A stretch of DNA of 64,000 nt, from NCBI RefSeq assembly GCF_030028105.1, contig NC_092377.1, positions 53,756,952-53,820,951 of the forward strand, in the 5' to 3' direction. The position numbers and the translations under genes are program-made. This DNA comes from Mobula birostris (lineage: Eukaryota). Below are positions 38,043 to 51,335 of the stretch, in pieces (the first letter of the stretch is position 1; every line of letters starts with the position of its first letter). The notes beneath the pieces are model-generated. The model did no database searches. It was given only the letters and a program-made list of their open reading frames with translations, and had not been told where the DNA came from.

Positions 38043-40560
38043 AATCAAATCAGTTCAACAGTCAAGTTTATTGTCGTTTGATGATATACTGTGCATGCAT
38101 ACTGTCAAACGAGACAATGTTTCTCTGACCCAGGGTGTAAAGCACTGTAGTAAACACACATACCGTGCATAGCCCATAATAAGTTATGAAAGTAAGGGTT
38201 ACACATAAGTAAAAAAACAAAAGTGCAAAAATATTGTCAGGTACAGAACAGATTAACCGGTGATGCGGCAGGGAGTTCAGAAGCCAGATGACCTGAGGGA
38301 AGAAACTGTTTCTCACCCTGGCCGTTCTTGTTTTAATGCATCAGAGTCTCCTGCCTGATGGTAGAAAGTCAAAGAGGATGCTGGATGGATGGGTTAGATC
38401 CTTAATAATACTGAAGGCTCTGCGTTTGCAGGACTCTTGGTAAGAGTTCCAGATGGATGGTAGGGAGACCATCCTTTATGATCCTCTCAGCTGTTTGCAC
38501 AGTCCTTTATAGGGACTTCCAGTCCAATGCTCAGCTGCTCCCATATCAGATGGAGATGCAACTTGTCTGATGCTCTCAATGGTGCTCCTGTAAAATGCAA
38601 TTAAGATAGGGGTTGAGGTAGCAGCCTCGTTTTCCTCAGTCTCCTTTTAATGTGGAGATGCTACTGTGCCTTCTTGTTTGGAGAGGTGATATTAAGAGAC
38701 CAGGTGAGGTTATCTGTGATGTGAACTCTCAGGAACTTGGTGCACTTAACTCTCTCTGCGGAGGAGCCATGCATTTGCAGAGGGAGATAGTTCATCTGCA
38801 CCTTCCTGAAGTTGACAATGATTTCCTTAGCCTTCTTCACATTCAGACTTAGATTGTTCTTCTCACACCAGACCACCAGCCGCTCCATTTCTTCCCTGTA
38901 CTCCAATTTATTTCATTGTTGATGAGGCCACCCACTGTTGGGTCATCCATTGATAACACAGTTTGAGCTGAATCCTGTAATGCAGTCACTTGTCAGCAGC
39001 AGGCTGAGCACACAGCCTTGGAGAGCACCAGTGCTTGGCGTAACGGGACTAGAAATGTTGCTGCCCACACAGACTGACTGCAGCCTTTCCATTAAGAAAT
39101 CCAGTATCCAGTTGCAGAGGGAGGTGTTGAGGCCTAGAGAGGACAATTTCTACACCAGTTTCTGGGGAATGATGGTTTTAAACACCAAACTGAAGTCTAT
39201 AAACAGCAGCCTCCTGCATATGAGACCCCACTTTCCATGTGGGACAGGACAGAGTGGAAGGCAGAGGCTATTGCATCATCAGTGGATTGACTTGAGCAAC
39301 AAGCGAACTGGAAAGCATGCAAGGTAGCTGGAAGTAAGGCTTTAATGTACTCCATGACCAGCCACTCAAAGAACTTCAATGTGGTTGATGTTAATATCAA
39401 CAGATGACAGTCATTTAGGCAGGTTGTTGTCGCCTTCTTTGGCACTGAAATGATGGTTGCTGCCTTAAAAACCAAGGGGTCAGTGGACTGCTCCTGAAAG
39501 ATGTTGAATATATCTGTCAGCACCTCAGTTAGTTGGGCAGCGCAGTCTTTCAGAACCCCACCTGGTATGTTATCGGTCCCCAAGGCTTTGCATGGGTTGA
39601 CCCTGACCAGGGTCTTCCTCACCTCAGCTTCAGCCAGGTGGAGTGTCTGTGCACCTTCCTCACCCACACTTTGCTCTGCTCATCAAGCTGGGCATAAAAG
39701 ACATTCAGCCTGTCAGGGAGTGAGGCATCCTTGTCACTGATGCTCAAGGTAGACTTGTAGTCTGTAATCCTCTGCATTCCCTGTGACATGCGCCTTGTGT
39801 CCCTAGTATCTCAGAAGTGGCAGTATATTCTCTGAGAATGCTCCTACTTTGCCTTCCTGATGGAGCGGGAAAGCACAGTTCTTGCTTCCCTAAGAGCTGT
39901 CGCAACCCCCGATCTAAAGGCAGTATCCCAATCCCTCAGTCATGCACAGACCTCTGCAGTAAGCCATGGCTTTTGATTGCCCTCACATGGATGTGTTTCA
40001 TGATGGTAACACCCTCAGCACACTTCTCAATGTAGCTGGTCATGAATCCACATATTTTTCAATATTAACATGTTTGCCATAGGTAGCAGCCTCCCTGGAC
40101 TTTCTTCAGTTTATGTCTTCAAAGCAGCCCTGCAATGCTGGGATTGCCCCTTCTGTTTAGGTTTTCACCACTGACCTGTTTTATCAGTGGCTTGTATGCT
40201 GGAATCACTACAGATAGGTAACCTGAGAATCCAATGTGGGATCGAGGGATCCAATGCTTTATATACACCTGCTATATTAGTCTAAAACCAGGTCGAGTAT
40301 ATTTTTGCCACTGGTAGCAGAACCAACATGCTGATGAAATTTAGGCAGGACTGTCTTTAGGTTCATATGGTTGAAATCCCCAGTGACAATGAAGATACAT
40401 ACTATCAGGGTGTTTGGTTTGAAAGTCACTGATGGTGCTGTAGAGCTCATGCAGTGCCTTGTGGGCAATAGCAGGGAGGGGGATATATACAGCTACCAAC
40501 ACAACTACACAACACAATGTAGTGAATCCCTCAGTACATAAAACTGTCTGCATTTCACAA
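38043..40560 (-). mobile_element. Rex1/Babar LINE (APE endonuclease to 3' end), decayed
   Basis: VAVYIP..GDFNH APE motifs, [42 protein letters not shown], and a GACAATAAACTTGA 3' end. Confidence 0.9.
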
Positions 40561-41189
40561 AAAAAATGAACTCGATCATTGGTTGACAGTGAGATCTCAT
40601 TTCTAATGATCCGTAACTCAAGAATCCAAACCACAATAAACAGTTTCTGTAAATAATTGATCAGGGTCCTGAAGGAGCTGCTGATATAAACGACATGATA
40701 GAAAATATTGTTGGATTTAGAGGAGGACAGACTGTTGCAAAAACTGAGATACACCAAGTCAAAAAGCTAAGGCCTTAAGGAACAGATGCAGAAGAAAGCA
40801 GTTGGGGTGTTAATTCAGGAAGTTCAGAGGGTTTCTCTGTGGGTCAAAAGGAGGATCCTTCCAAATTCAAAAAAGGTGCAGACAACAATGGAAATGTCAA
40901 CTCGGACATAATTGCTTTGATGGAACATTTCCAATAATTGCTATGGCAAATTTTTGCTCTATCTGAATAAGTGACAAGGAGGAAAGAATGATGTTTGATA
41001 GACATCCATAAACAAGCAGTCTAGTGAGAAAAAGGGAATTACATATATATTTTTAATAATGACTGGTTCACTGTTTCAATAAGACTCCACCGTCAAGCTA
41101 GCTTGCTCTTAGAAAAGACAGAAAAGAATGAACACAAAGAGATGCTAAAGAAAAAATCTTGGAGGCTAATTAGGAGCAAGCTGACAACG

Positions 41190-41708
41190 TACTTGGTATG
41201 TTATCAAAGACTCTTGTAAATTTCTATAGATGTACCATGGAGAGCATTCTTCACTGGTTGCATCGCCATCTGGTATGGGGGGTGGGCACTACACAGACTG
41301 CAGAAAACTGCAAACTCAGCCAGTTCCAAGATGGGCACTTGCTTCTACATCAATGAAGCGATGCCTTGGAAAGGCAGCAGACATCAATAAAGACCTCATC
41401 ATCCAGGACATGCCCTCTTCTCATTTCTACCATCGAGGAAGTACAGGGCCTGCAGACATACACTCAATGTTTTACAAACACCCCTTCTTCCTTTCCACCA
41501 TCAGGTTTCTGAATGGACAATAAACCCATGTACACTACCTTACAATTTTTTTCTCTTATTTTTGCATTACTTAATTTTATCTTAATTTCATTTTAACTGT
41601 ATTTCTTCCTGTAATTTATATTTTATTATATATTGCAATGTACTGCTGCTGCGAAACAACAAATTTCACTAATTATGCTACTGATACTAAACTTGATTCT
41701 GATTCTGA
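41190..41708 (+). mobile_element. Rex1-like 3' fragment
   Basis: TTCTATAGATGTACCATGGAGAGCAT..TGGTATG; ends AAACTTGATTCTGATTCTGA. Confidence 0.75.
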
Positions 41709-42366
41709 ATAATGTATGCAAGCAGGTCAGAGACTAACAGATGGCATATGCAAGATGTGGACGCATGCACATCGACTACCAAAACCTTGAAACAATTGTG
41801 ATAAAGAATCTCCCAAGCCCAAATGCATTACAATGATTGATTCTGCACTTACATATATATGGTGCACTGTGTGGCCAGTCGCTTAAGGTGCGTTTTTTTT
41901 TTGTTATTCTATTTCTGTTATTAATGTTTGAAACAGAACTGCAATATTCTGGGAAATTTTCAGGGGAGGTAAGGGAATTAAGCTGTCAGTGCGGGGTTCT
42001 TCTGTGGTTATTCCCTTCAGCAATAAATATACCCCTTTGGATACTGCTGTGGGCAGAGTGACCAGTCAGGACAGAGCACCAGCAGCCAGGCTAGTGGCAC
42101 TGTGGCCTGGTCTGAGGGTAAAGTCAGCCAGTGCGGTAATGATAGGGGACTTGATAGTTAGGCAGACAGACAGGAGATTCTGTGGCCGCAAAAGAGACAC
42201 TACGATGGTGTGTTGCCCCCTGTGTGCTAATATCCTAAATGTATTGGAGCAGCTGCAGAATAATCTCAAGGTAGAGGGTGAACAGCCAGAGGTCATACTG
42301 CACATTGGCACCAATGACATAGGTAGAAAAGTGGAACAGGTCTTATTCAATATCATAGGGAGTTAG

Positions 42367-43203
42367 TGTTACGTACCCCGTAACTGGGTTGCCAAACCAG
42401 CAGAAATGGAACACTCGTTGGAGTCTGGATTACTAGGAACTAATAAAGTTTTAATAAAGAAATAAGTAACACAGTACTCTAATCGCAAGGATATAAATGC
42501 AACAGGTTAGCAACGATAATACACACATGTACACAGAACTAGGATAATAGGAATCAAACCAAGCTCTATCGCAGTCTAGGGGTAAAATGATCAGTCTTAA
42601 GTAATGCAGAGTTCAGTTCAGCTTAGTACAGTTCACTGTAATCGCTGTTGTGCCGTTGGGGGGGGGGGGGAGATGCAATTTTGATTCAGGCAGACCTTTG
42701 ATGTTCTTCACAGTTGGTTTCGGGTGGACCCTTTTATGTCTTCTATCCCACTGAGGTCACCGACTGTGACCCCTCCGTTCTGGATACAACCGTTCTTCCG
42801 CGGTGAACCCGGCGCCCAGGCTAGGGCGGACACACACACCAGGTTCCCACCGATTGTACCTTTACACCCTGTGAGTCTATGGTCGGTTCCAGCGAACCGG
42901 ACCTCCAAACTGCCACCAACTTGTGGGGGCACACCGCTCTTCTAAGGTCTCGTTATCTCGTGATCTCGTGGTGTGTGTCGTGCCTTAGCCAACCTGTTCT
43001 TTTTATCCCACTGCTGGGGTATCGCCTGTTCATCAAACTTCAAACAGTTCAGGTTCAAAGCAACCGGTCTGTCAATATTCTGAATTGTGTTTCTTTTCCG
43101 TTATCTCTCTCTCCTCTCTTATTAACATTTTGAACGTTTCTCCATTGTCTCCTTTATCCCTCTCATTAGCATCAATTGTCTGATAACTTGGTTTGGTGAC
43201 ACA
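42367..43203 (-). mobile_element. Solo LTR (837 bp), probably Gypsy-type
   Basis: TGT..ACA ends, minus strand ends ..GGGGTACGTAACA with an upstream ATTAAA. TSD TTAG/TCAG. Interrupts CR1 ORF1. Confidence 0.8.
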
Positions 43204-43943
43204 TCAGCAAAGAGGCTGAAGAGAAAGACCTCCACATAGTAATCTCCAGATTATTCCCAGTGCAGGTGGGAATGAGATGATAGTGCAGATTAATGAGTGG
43301 CTGAGGAGATGGTGCAGAGGGTGGGGTTACAAGTTCTTGGATCATTGGAACCTTTTCTGGAGAAAGAGTGACCTGTACAATAGGGACGGGTTGCACCTGA
43401 ACTGGAGGGATCCAATAACATGGCTGGGAGGTTTGCTAATGCTATTTGAGAGGGTTTAAACTAGTTTTCCAGGGAGTTGGGAACTGGAGCACCAGGTCAG
43501 TAAGTGAAGGATTGGACAGGAAGGTTAATGTCAGGGGAAGTATTGATAGGAAAAATCAAAATAACAGGTATGATTGGATGGATAGTTTGAAGTGTGTGTA
43601 TTTTAATGCTAGAGGTATTATAGGTGAAGATATTGAACAAAGCACGGATTAATACATGGAAGAACGATGTTGTGGCCATTACAGAGACTTAGTTGAGCGA
43701 GGGGCAGGAATGGTGATTAATGTACCAAGTTTTCAAAGTTTTAGAAAAGATAGAGAAGGAGGTAAAGCAGGGAGGGGAGTTACACTACTAATCTGGGACA
43801 ATATCACAGCTGCAATCAGGGGAGAAATAATGGAAAGTTCAGACACTGAGTTCATTTGGGTAGAACTTAAGTATAGGAAGGGTGCAATCACACTGATGGG
43901 ATTTTACTACAGACCCCCTAATAGCCACTGGGACATTGAGCAA

Positions 43944-44115
43944 GCAGGGTCGATGTTGTTGTTTAAACTTAAATTGGATATATATATGGACAGGAGAGGA
44001 ATGGAGGGTTATGGGCTGAGTGCAGGTCGGTGGGGCTAGGTGAGAGTAAGAGTTCAGCATGGACTAGAAGGGCTGAGATAGCCTGTTTCCGTGCTGTAAT
44101 TGTTATATGGTTATA
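43944..44115 (+). mobile_element. Short CR1 3' fragment nested in CR1 ORF2
   Basis: TTTAAACTTAAATTGGAT..GAGGGTTATGGG..GGGCTGAGATAGCCTGTTTCCGTGCTGTAA interrupts the APE domain. Confidence 0.7.
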
Positions 44116-46469
44116 AGTAAACAGATAAAGGAAATATTTAAAAAGTAATAAGGTCATTGTCATTGGGGAATTCAAGTTCCCTAAGATAAACTGGGACATC
44201 TTAATGCAAGGGGTTTAGATGGGGCAGAATTTATTAAGTGTATCCAAAAGAGGTTCTTAAAACAGTATGTAGATGGTCCAACGAGAGGAGGGGCTGTACT
44301 GGACCTACTGTTGGGTAATGAACCTGGCCTGGTGACTGACCTTTCAGTGGGTGAGCAGTTAGGGAACAAAGATCACAACTCCTTAACTTTCAAAATAGTT
44401 ATGGATAAGGATAGGTATGGTCCTTGCAGAAAAGTCTTAATTTGGATGAGGGCAAATTACGAGGACATTAGGCAGGAACTAAGAAGAGTTATTTGGGAAC
44501 ACCTTATTTCTGGCAGGTCCACATCAGACATGTGGGGTGTTTAAAGATCAATTGTTCCTGTTAGAAGAAAGGACAGGAATCGAAAAATAAGAGAACCTTG
44601 GATGTCCAGAGAGGTGATGAATTTAGTCAAAAAGAAATAGGAAAAATATGTAAAGCTTCGGAAGTTAGGAACAAACAGAGCACAAGAGGATTATAAAGAA
44701 GCCAGAAAATAACTTTAAGGAGGGAAGTAGGAAAGCCAGGTAAGGCCATGAGAAATCCTTGGCAAGTAGGATCAAGGTTAATCCTCTGGCATCTTATAGA
44801 TATATCAAGAGCAAGGGGATAACCAGGGGAGAGGGTAGGACGACTCAAGGATAAAGAGGGGATCATTTGCTTGGATGTGGTGAATGTGAGTGAGGTCTGA
44901 AATGAGTATTTTACTTCAGTATTTACCAAGGAAAAGAACACAGAGGGCTAGGAGATCAGAGCTGAGTGCATAAATATGTTAGAGCATTTAGAGGTCAAGG
45001 AGGAAGAAGAGATAGGTCACATAATGAGTATGAAGGTGGGTAAGTCCCCAGGAGCAGATGGTATTTACTCCAGGTTATTGAAGGAAGCAAGAAGCGAGAT
45101 TGCTGGGGTCTTGACCAGTACCTTCATATCTTCTCTAGGCATAGGCAAGGTCCTAGAGGACTGGCTAGTGGGTAATTTTGTACCTTTATTTAAGAAGGGA
45201 GCAAGGGAAAATCCTGGGGACTATAGACTGGTGAGTCTCACATCAGTTGTAGGGAACTTGCTGGAGAAAATTTTTAGGGATAGTATATATGAGCATTTCA
45301 GAACCCATGGCCTAATTGGGGAGAGCCAGCATAGCTTTGTGCAGGGCAAGGTGTGTCTTACCAACTTGACTGAATGTTTTGACAAAGTGATGAGAAGGTT
45401 AGAGCTGTGGACATGGTCCACATGATTTTCAGTAAGGCTTTTGATGAAGTCCCTCATGGAGGATAATTCAGAAGATTAGGATGTATGGGGTCTGTGGCAA
45501 ATTGGCTGTCTGGGTTCAGAACTAGCTTGTACATAAAAGATAGAGGATAGTAGCTGAAGGGACAAATTTGAGCTGCAGGTCTGTAATTACTGCTGTTTGG
45601 GAGGCATCTGTGCTGGGACCTCTGTTGTTCGTGATGTATATAAGTGACCTGGATGAAAATATAAATGGGTGGGTAAGTTTGCAGATGATACCAATGTTGG
45701 TGGAGTTGTAGATAGTGCAGGAGATTGGCAAAAAATACAGTGCAATATAGATCAGTTGCAGACATGGGCAGAGAAATGGCAGATGGAGTTTAACCCAGAT
45801 CAGTGTGAGGTGTAGCAACTTGGTAGGGAAAATGCAAGGAGACAGTACACTGTCAAGGTCCAGACACTTAACAGAGTTGCTGAGTAGAAAGACCTTGCGG
45901 TCCAACTTCATAGCTCCTTAAACACAGCTATACAGGTCAATAGGGTGGTTAAGAAAGCTCAGCAAATGCTTGTTTTATTAGTCAAGGCATTGAGTTCAAA
46001 AGTCAAAAAGTTATGTTGCAACTTTATAGAACTCCAGTTCGGCCATATTTGGAGAATTGGATATCGTTCTGGTTGCCCCACTATACAAAGGAGATTGAGG
46101 CTTTGGAGAGGGTGCAGAAGAGGTTTGCCAGGACACTGCCTGGTTTAGAGGGCATGTGTTATCATGAGAGGCTGGACAAACTTGGGTTGCTTTCACTGGA
46201 GCGGAGGAGGCTGAGGGGAGATCTGATAGAGGCTTATAAGATTATGGGAGGCATAGATAGAATAAACAGGGAATATATTTTCCTCAGGGTAGAAATATCC
46301 AATATCAGAGGGCAAGCATTGAAGGTGAGAGGGGGCAGGTTCAAAGGGGATGAAGTAGGTAGGAGGGTTTAGTGTTTGGGGGTTTCTGATTTGCTTTTTA
46401 GCTGTTTCTGTGCTGCATTGCTCTATGTTTTATGTTTGCAAGTTGGTTGCTTGGTTGGTCAGTTGATTA

Positions 46470-46880
46470 CTAATGTAATGGATATGATGGGGTAAAGAAC
46501 TATGCTTGCATGTAATACAGACAAATGTAAGGAAAACAGAATACAGAATATAGTGTTGCAGCTACAGACACAGAGCAGTACATGTAAATAACTGATGTGC
46601 AAGGCCCACAACAAGGTAGACTGGGAGGTCAGCAATTCATCTTTAGCATACAAGACGTCCTTTCAAAGAGCCTGATACAAGTGGGCTAGAAACTATCCTG
46701 AAATATGGCTGTATATGTTTTCAAGCTCTTGTATCTTCTGCCTAATGGGAGAGGGGAGAGAAAGAATGACCAGGATGGGAAGGGTCCTTAATTATGATGG
46801 CTGCTTTCCTTGGGCAGCCGAAAGTGTAAACCAATGGAGAGGAGGTTTGTTTGCATGATGGATTGATCTGACCATAAATA
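46470..46880 (-). mobile_element. Rex1-like 3' fragment
   Basis: TTCAAAGAGCCTGATAC..AAACTATCCTGAA..TCTTCTGCCTAATGG parallels the other Rex1 3' regions in the window. Confidence 0.6.
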
Positions 46881-49212
46881 TTTTCCTAATTTTATTGAAC
46901 TTATCAAAATGTGCTTTGTACATCTCCGTTGAAATGTCAACTCATTGCTGATTCTACTCCAACATACAATAAGAAACCTACAATTTAATGGCATGCTGTA
47001 AATTGTAATTATTGCATGTTAAATTATTTCAGTGTTTTGGGACACAAACAGCGAAGTGCTGCATTGCTCTGAAAGTTGAAATCAGAATAGTAATAAGCAA
47101 ATGCAGAAATGATGTAGAAAATAAAAAAAAACTATCCAGCATATGATAATACAACAGTGTTAAGCATCAAGCACTGAGGCTTTTTTAATCAAAGGAGTTT
47201 ATTAAAAACTTCTTCCCAATGCAGGGTATGTTTTATTAAATGTTATTAAGATATTAACATACTAATTTCTGACTTGTCGCATATATAACTAATATTTTAA
47301 TGCTCGTTGATCCTAAGTAAATATCAACAGATTCTAAGACAGTTAACATCTTTTGCTTCTATGTTTTGCAAGAAAGTGTTTCCATAGGAGCATCTGCTTT
47401 CAAGAGTCATTTATGTCACACAGAATAGAAGAGCAAAACTGCAACATTGTTGACATTTGTACAGAACAAATAATCAGCAATGAACATGACATACAAATAT
47501 GTAAAGATTTTATAAAATGTGATGCGAAAGATTTTAGAAATATATGGCCTTATAAACTGACAGAGACCTTCGAGAAGTTGATTATATTTCTATTTGTTAA
47601 TCAAGGCCTCGATTCATTACAATTTCACTTGATATGGTAAAATGTAAAATGTTGTGTTATTTTCAGATTAGGGCTGAATTTATGAAAAATATCATAAAAA
47701 CTTCAGATATAGAATGAAAAGAATATGCTGAAATTCTGTAATAATGAGTGATATGGATATGTTTCACAGATTCCAGTTATTGTATGCAAGACAAACAGTA
47801 CAGAATTTATATTTGCTACTAATTAAGAAGTTCAGTGAAAATTTGGGAAGCATCAATGCTTTTCCATTCATAATCGCATACCAGTAAAAACAAAGAGATT
47901 CAAAGATTATTCTGTAAATTATATTGCTGAAGCTCAAACGTATGCACAGCTCATGCAATAAAAATAGATTAATAATATTTTTCTTCAACTTCTTAATATG
48001 AGTTTTGCGAGCCCACTGAAAGCCATCTTTATTCCATAGAATACTGCCACCAACATGAAGCATTTTTATTATGGTCTTGCTTTAATAGTTTGCAAAACTA
48101 ACGCTACATACAAACATTATAAGCTGAAACCTTCAATCTGACTAATGGGTTTACAATGTGCGCCACTGTTACTATATCATTCATTTATTAGCTTCATTTT
48201 GCCTTGCGTGAGGCAGATTGAATAATTAGGTGCAATTGAAAAGTGGATCATTGAAGAATCTTGAATAACTGAGTTAATTTCCTCCTCCGCATTGTATGAT
48301 ATGATACTTGTCCTAAACCAGTTCACCCAATTACTACTCATAATTCATCAGACTTTCCAGATAAACTTTTGCACTTGCTATAGGAATACTGGATGGAAAA
48401 CCCTTTATCTGTCCTCACAAAAATCAACTACTTCAGCATCTTTACTAATTCTTGCACAGATATTAAGTAATTACATTAAATTTGCAAAATGTCTTGATTT
48501 TTTTCTGAATCTGTTAACATTTTCTGATTGGTTTCACTATTCAGCATGCTTACATCTCATGACCATTCTTTAAACGGTGAGAATACAAACCCAAGGAATG
48601 TGTATGATATTTTTGCAAACATTCAAGAATCATTTCCAATCAGAAAAGTACTATAAAGTGTAGTGAAATGTAATTTAGCCTAGTAACAGCTAAAGCACAA
48701 CTTTGACTAACTTCTAAAATTCTTAGTGTTGACATTCTAGGGAAATAAAATCTAAGCAGTTCTTTTAGAATCATAGTGATACTGATTTTTACACTTTGAA
48801 GATTCAATGAAGGTAATGACTGTCCAGTACAGTCCATGGGTTTGGATTGTAACTATCAAATTTCAAACAAATGCATAGAGTGGTTTTCATGGCTTAGCAA
48901 TGAATATGCACTTCTACTTGTTGTCCACCTCTTCCTCAATTTACAGCTCTATCCACAGTCTTTAAGAAAGAGTGCCTTTTCTTTATTTCAGCAAATAATG
49001 CACGTTGTGCACCACCCATCTGTCTCATAGGAACTCTCAGCTGGTAGTTTTGATGTGGGTGCACAGAGAGGTTTTGTCTCTAAACTACATCATGAGATAC
49101 ATATAGAAAATGTCAAAACCCAGGTACAATATCTTAAGCTATTTTTTGATCATTGTTCCTTACTCCCAACTGATTTTCTGGCACTGAAAAGAATAGCCGA
49201 TAAAAGTCTTAC

Positions 49213-49651
49213 CTGATCTTCCATCTCTCTGAAAATCCACATGATACCACTCTCCATCATTCACCTTTCTTTGAGTAGCTTTTGTTTTAATAGCACCAGA
49301 TCCCATGTCTAGCAGAAGGTATAAGTGCCCGTCTAGCATTTCAATAGCAAAAAAGTCCACCTTTACTATTCGTGGATTTTTAGCATCCTTTTGGTGCCGT
49401 GGTTTGCCGTGACTAAAAAGAATCAGTCCATTTGGCTCAGTGGTGCGAAAGTCAAATGAGATGGAGCCTGTCTTTTTAGCATTCCACTTTGGTAAAGAAA
49501 TAAATGATTCAGGGGTTTCAAATGTGATTGGGTCAAGTGTTGCAACATTCTCACATTTGAAAGCAACCATTCCATGAATCTTCATCTTACGATCTCCTTG
49601 TTTTGCAAGCCGTGATAATTCCAAACGAACATCATTATTTTTATAAACCAC
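49213..49651 (-). CDS. NRXN1: Neurexin-1-alpha internal coding exon (439 nt; end of LNS2 and most of LNS3)
   Basis: Translates [20 protein letters not shown]...[37 protein letters not shown]...[11 protein letters not shown]...[22 protein letters not shown]...[13 protein letters not shown]. The [11 protein letters not shown] segment matches NRXN1 rather than NRXN2/3. Acceptor TTGCAG|GTG at 49652/49651, donor CAG|GTAAGA at 49213/49212. Phase 0 in, phase 1 out. Confidence 0.96.
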
Positions 49652-50814
49652 CTGCAAGTGAAATAACAAAGTTAATAATTGAAATCTTCAGAAAATTAAT
49701 TACAGCCAAGCTTATAAATAAATAATGTTAGTGAAGATTGAGAAAACATGCATTGACAGGAGAAAAGCAATGATCATAAAATATAAAGAATAATAGTCAT
49801 CCGGGATATTATTAATGCAACAACTTTCCATTATAACACCAATGCTGGAAGAGGAGCATTTCAGATCCTTGATGTTTTTATACATTTGATGCTCATAGAA
49901 ATTCACAAGGCTACTTTGTTAATACTTTAACTTTGGATGACACATCAATTGCTTGACATACTAACTACAAAGGATATGACCAGAATTTCAATTTAGATAT
50001 TCACTGAATTAAGGATAGGCGAAGAAGGTAGACTTACATTCTATCAAAAGTTGCTGTAAGTGATGGAAATTGCACCAATAGAAATACTTCAAAAGCATTA
50101 CAAACTGAGAAACTGGTCACTATAAATCATACACCACATTTTCAACCAGAAACTCAGGCAGGGGTACTGTAGGAGCATGAAGGACATGAGAACAAGACCA
50201 AATATAGCAAACCCAACCAGCTTACAAATATTTGTAGATGAAATACTGGAATAGAAGTATCAGCTGCTGGTTTCTATGGAAGAGATCCTCAGAAAAAGTG
50301 GCCTGCTTGACAGGTTTTTGAAAACAAGTGGTATTGACACTGAATGACAACTTCATCACCCCAAAGAATTGTATACAGTTCAAGATAAGTTGAAAGATAT
50401 GACAAGTACAAACATACAATCATGCTGTCCACTGAGTAATTTTTACTTTTCTTCCTTGGGTATGAAGGATAACAGGAGACTATTTACAATCTGATTTTGA
50501 TAGAACCAGCCCTAAACTTTCACGTGTGCCACAGTACTGTTGTCACTACTGTCCGCTGTTGTCAGTACTATGACTTGTTTTTCTAGCAATGCTTTGTTGC
50601 ATGTAAATCTCTGTCTCCACTTTCTCATGGAGATATCACCAGGCCTGCAGCTTTCAGATTCCAATAACTTAATGTTGTTGTTAAAGTAACTTGCATATAA
50701 TTTGTATGGGGAACTATTTTGAACAGGTATTATCAATATTTAAGTGTCAACACATTGCAAAGATATTGAGGAGGAACAATGCTTTCAGGACTCGCTGAAG
50801 ATGCAGGGAGCTCA

Positions 50815-51335
50815 CACTGGCAGTTGCCCTTGCATTCCTGCAACATGCTGCTGGAAAGATGTTATTAAATTGGGTAAGGTGCAGACAAGTATGTTGTCAT
50901 GATTTGAGGGATTGAATTACAGAGAGAGGCTGGACAGGCTAGGATTATATTACCTAGGGGGTGGGAATCTGAGAGTGTACAAGATCATGAGAAGCATACC
51001 TAGGGCAAATGCAGTTAGACTTTTTCTAGAGTTGAAATAACAAGAACAGGAGGGCAGAGGTTTAATGTGAGAGTGGAAAAATATAAGAGAAACTTAAGAA
51101 GCAACTTTGTTTTAACACAACGGGTGGCATCCATGTGAAATCAGCTGGTGGTTAAGGCAGGTACAATTTAAACTTTTATAAGACAGTGGGGCAGGTATAT
51201 GAATTGCAAAGGTTTAAAATATTATGCATCAAACCCTGGCAAATGGGACGAGCTTAGTTGGGGCACCTTGGTTGACATTGAACAGCTGGGCTGAAGAGAC
51301 TGTTTCTGTGTTGTATAAACCTATGTCTATCTATG
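50815..51335 (+). mobile_element. Old CR1 3' fragment
   Basis: GAGAGGCTGGACAGGCTAGG..TACAAGATCATGAG..ACACAACGGGTGG..GGGCTGAAGAGACTGTTTCTGTG. Confidence 0.7.

Larger units (their letters stand above)
41960..46437 (+). mobile_element. Long CR1 LINE (ORF1 esterase plus ORF2), decayed, with nested insertions
   Basis: ORF1 SGNH-like IGDLIVR..ILHIGTNDIG. ORF2 CVYFNARGI, GFYYRPPNS, KSPGADG, YRLVSLTSVVG, VQKRFARTLPG. Confidence 0.92.
14618..49212 (-). other. NRXN1: NRXN1 phase-1 intron (34,595 nt)
   Basis: GT..AG ends. The flanking exons splice into contiguous neurexin protein (..DGRS-G-TISIN..). Confidence 0.9.
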
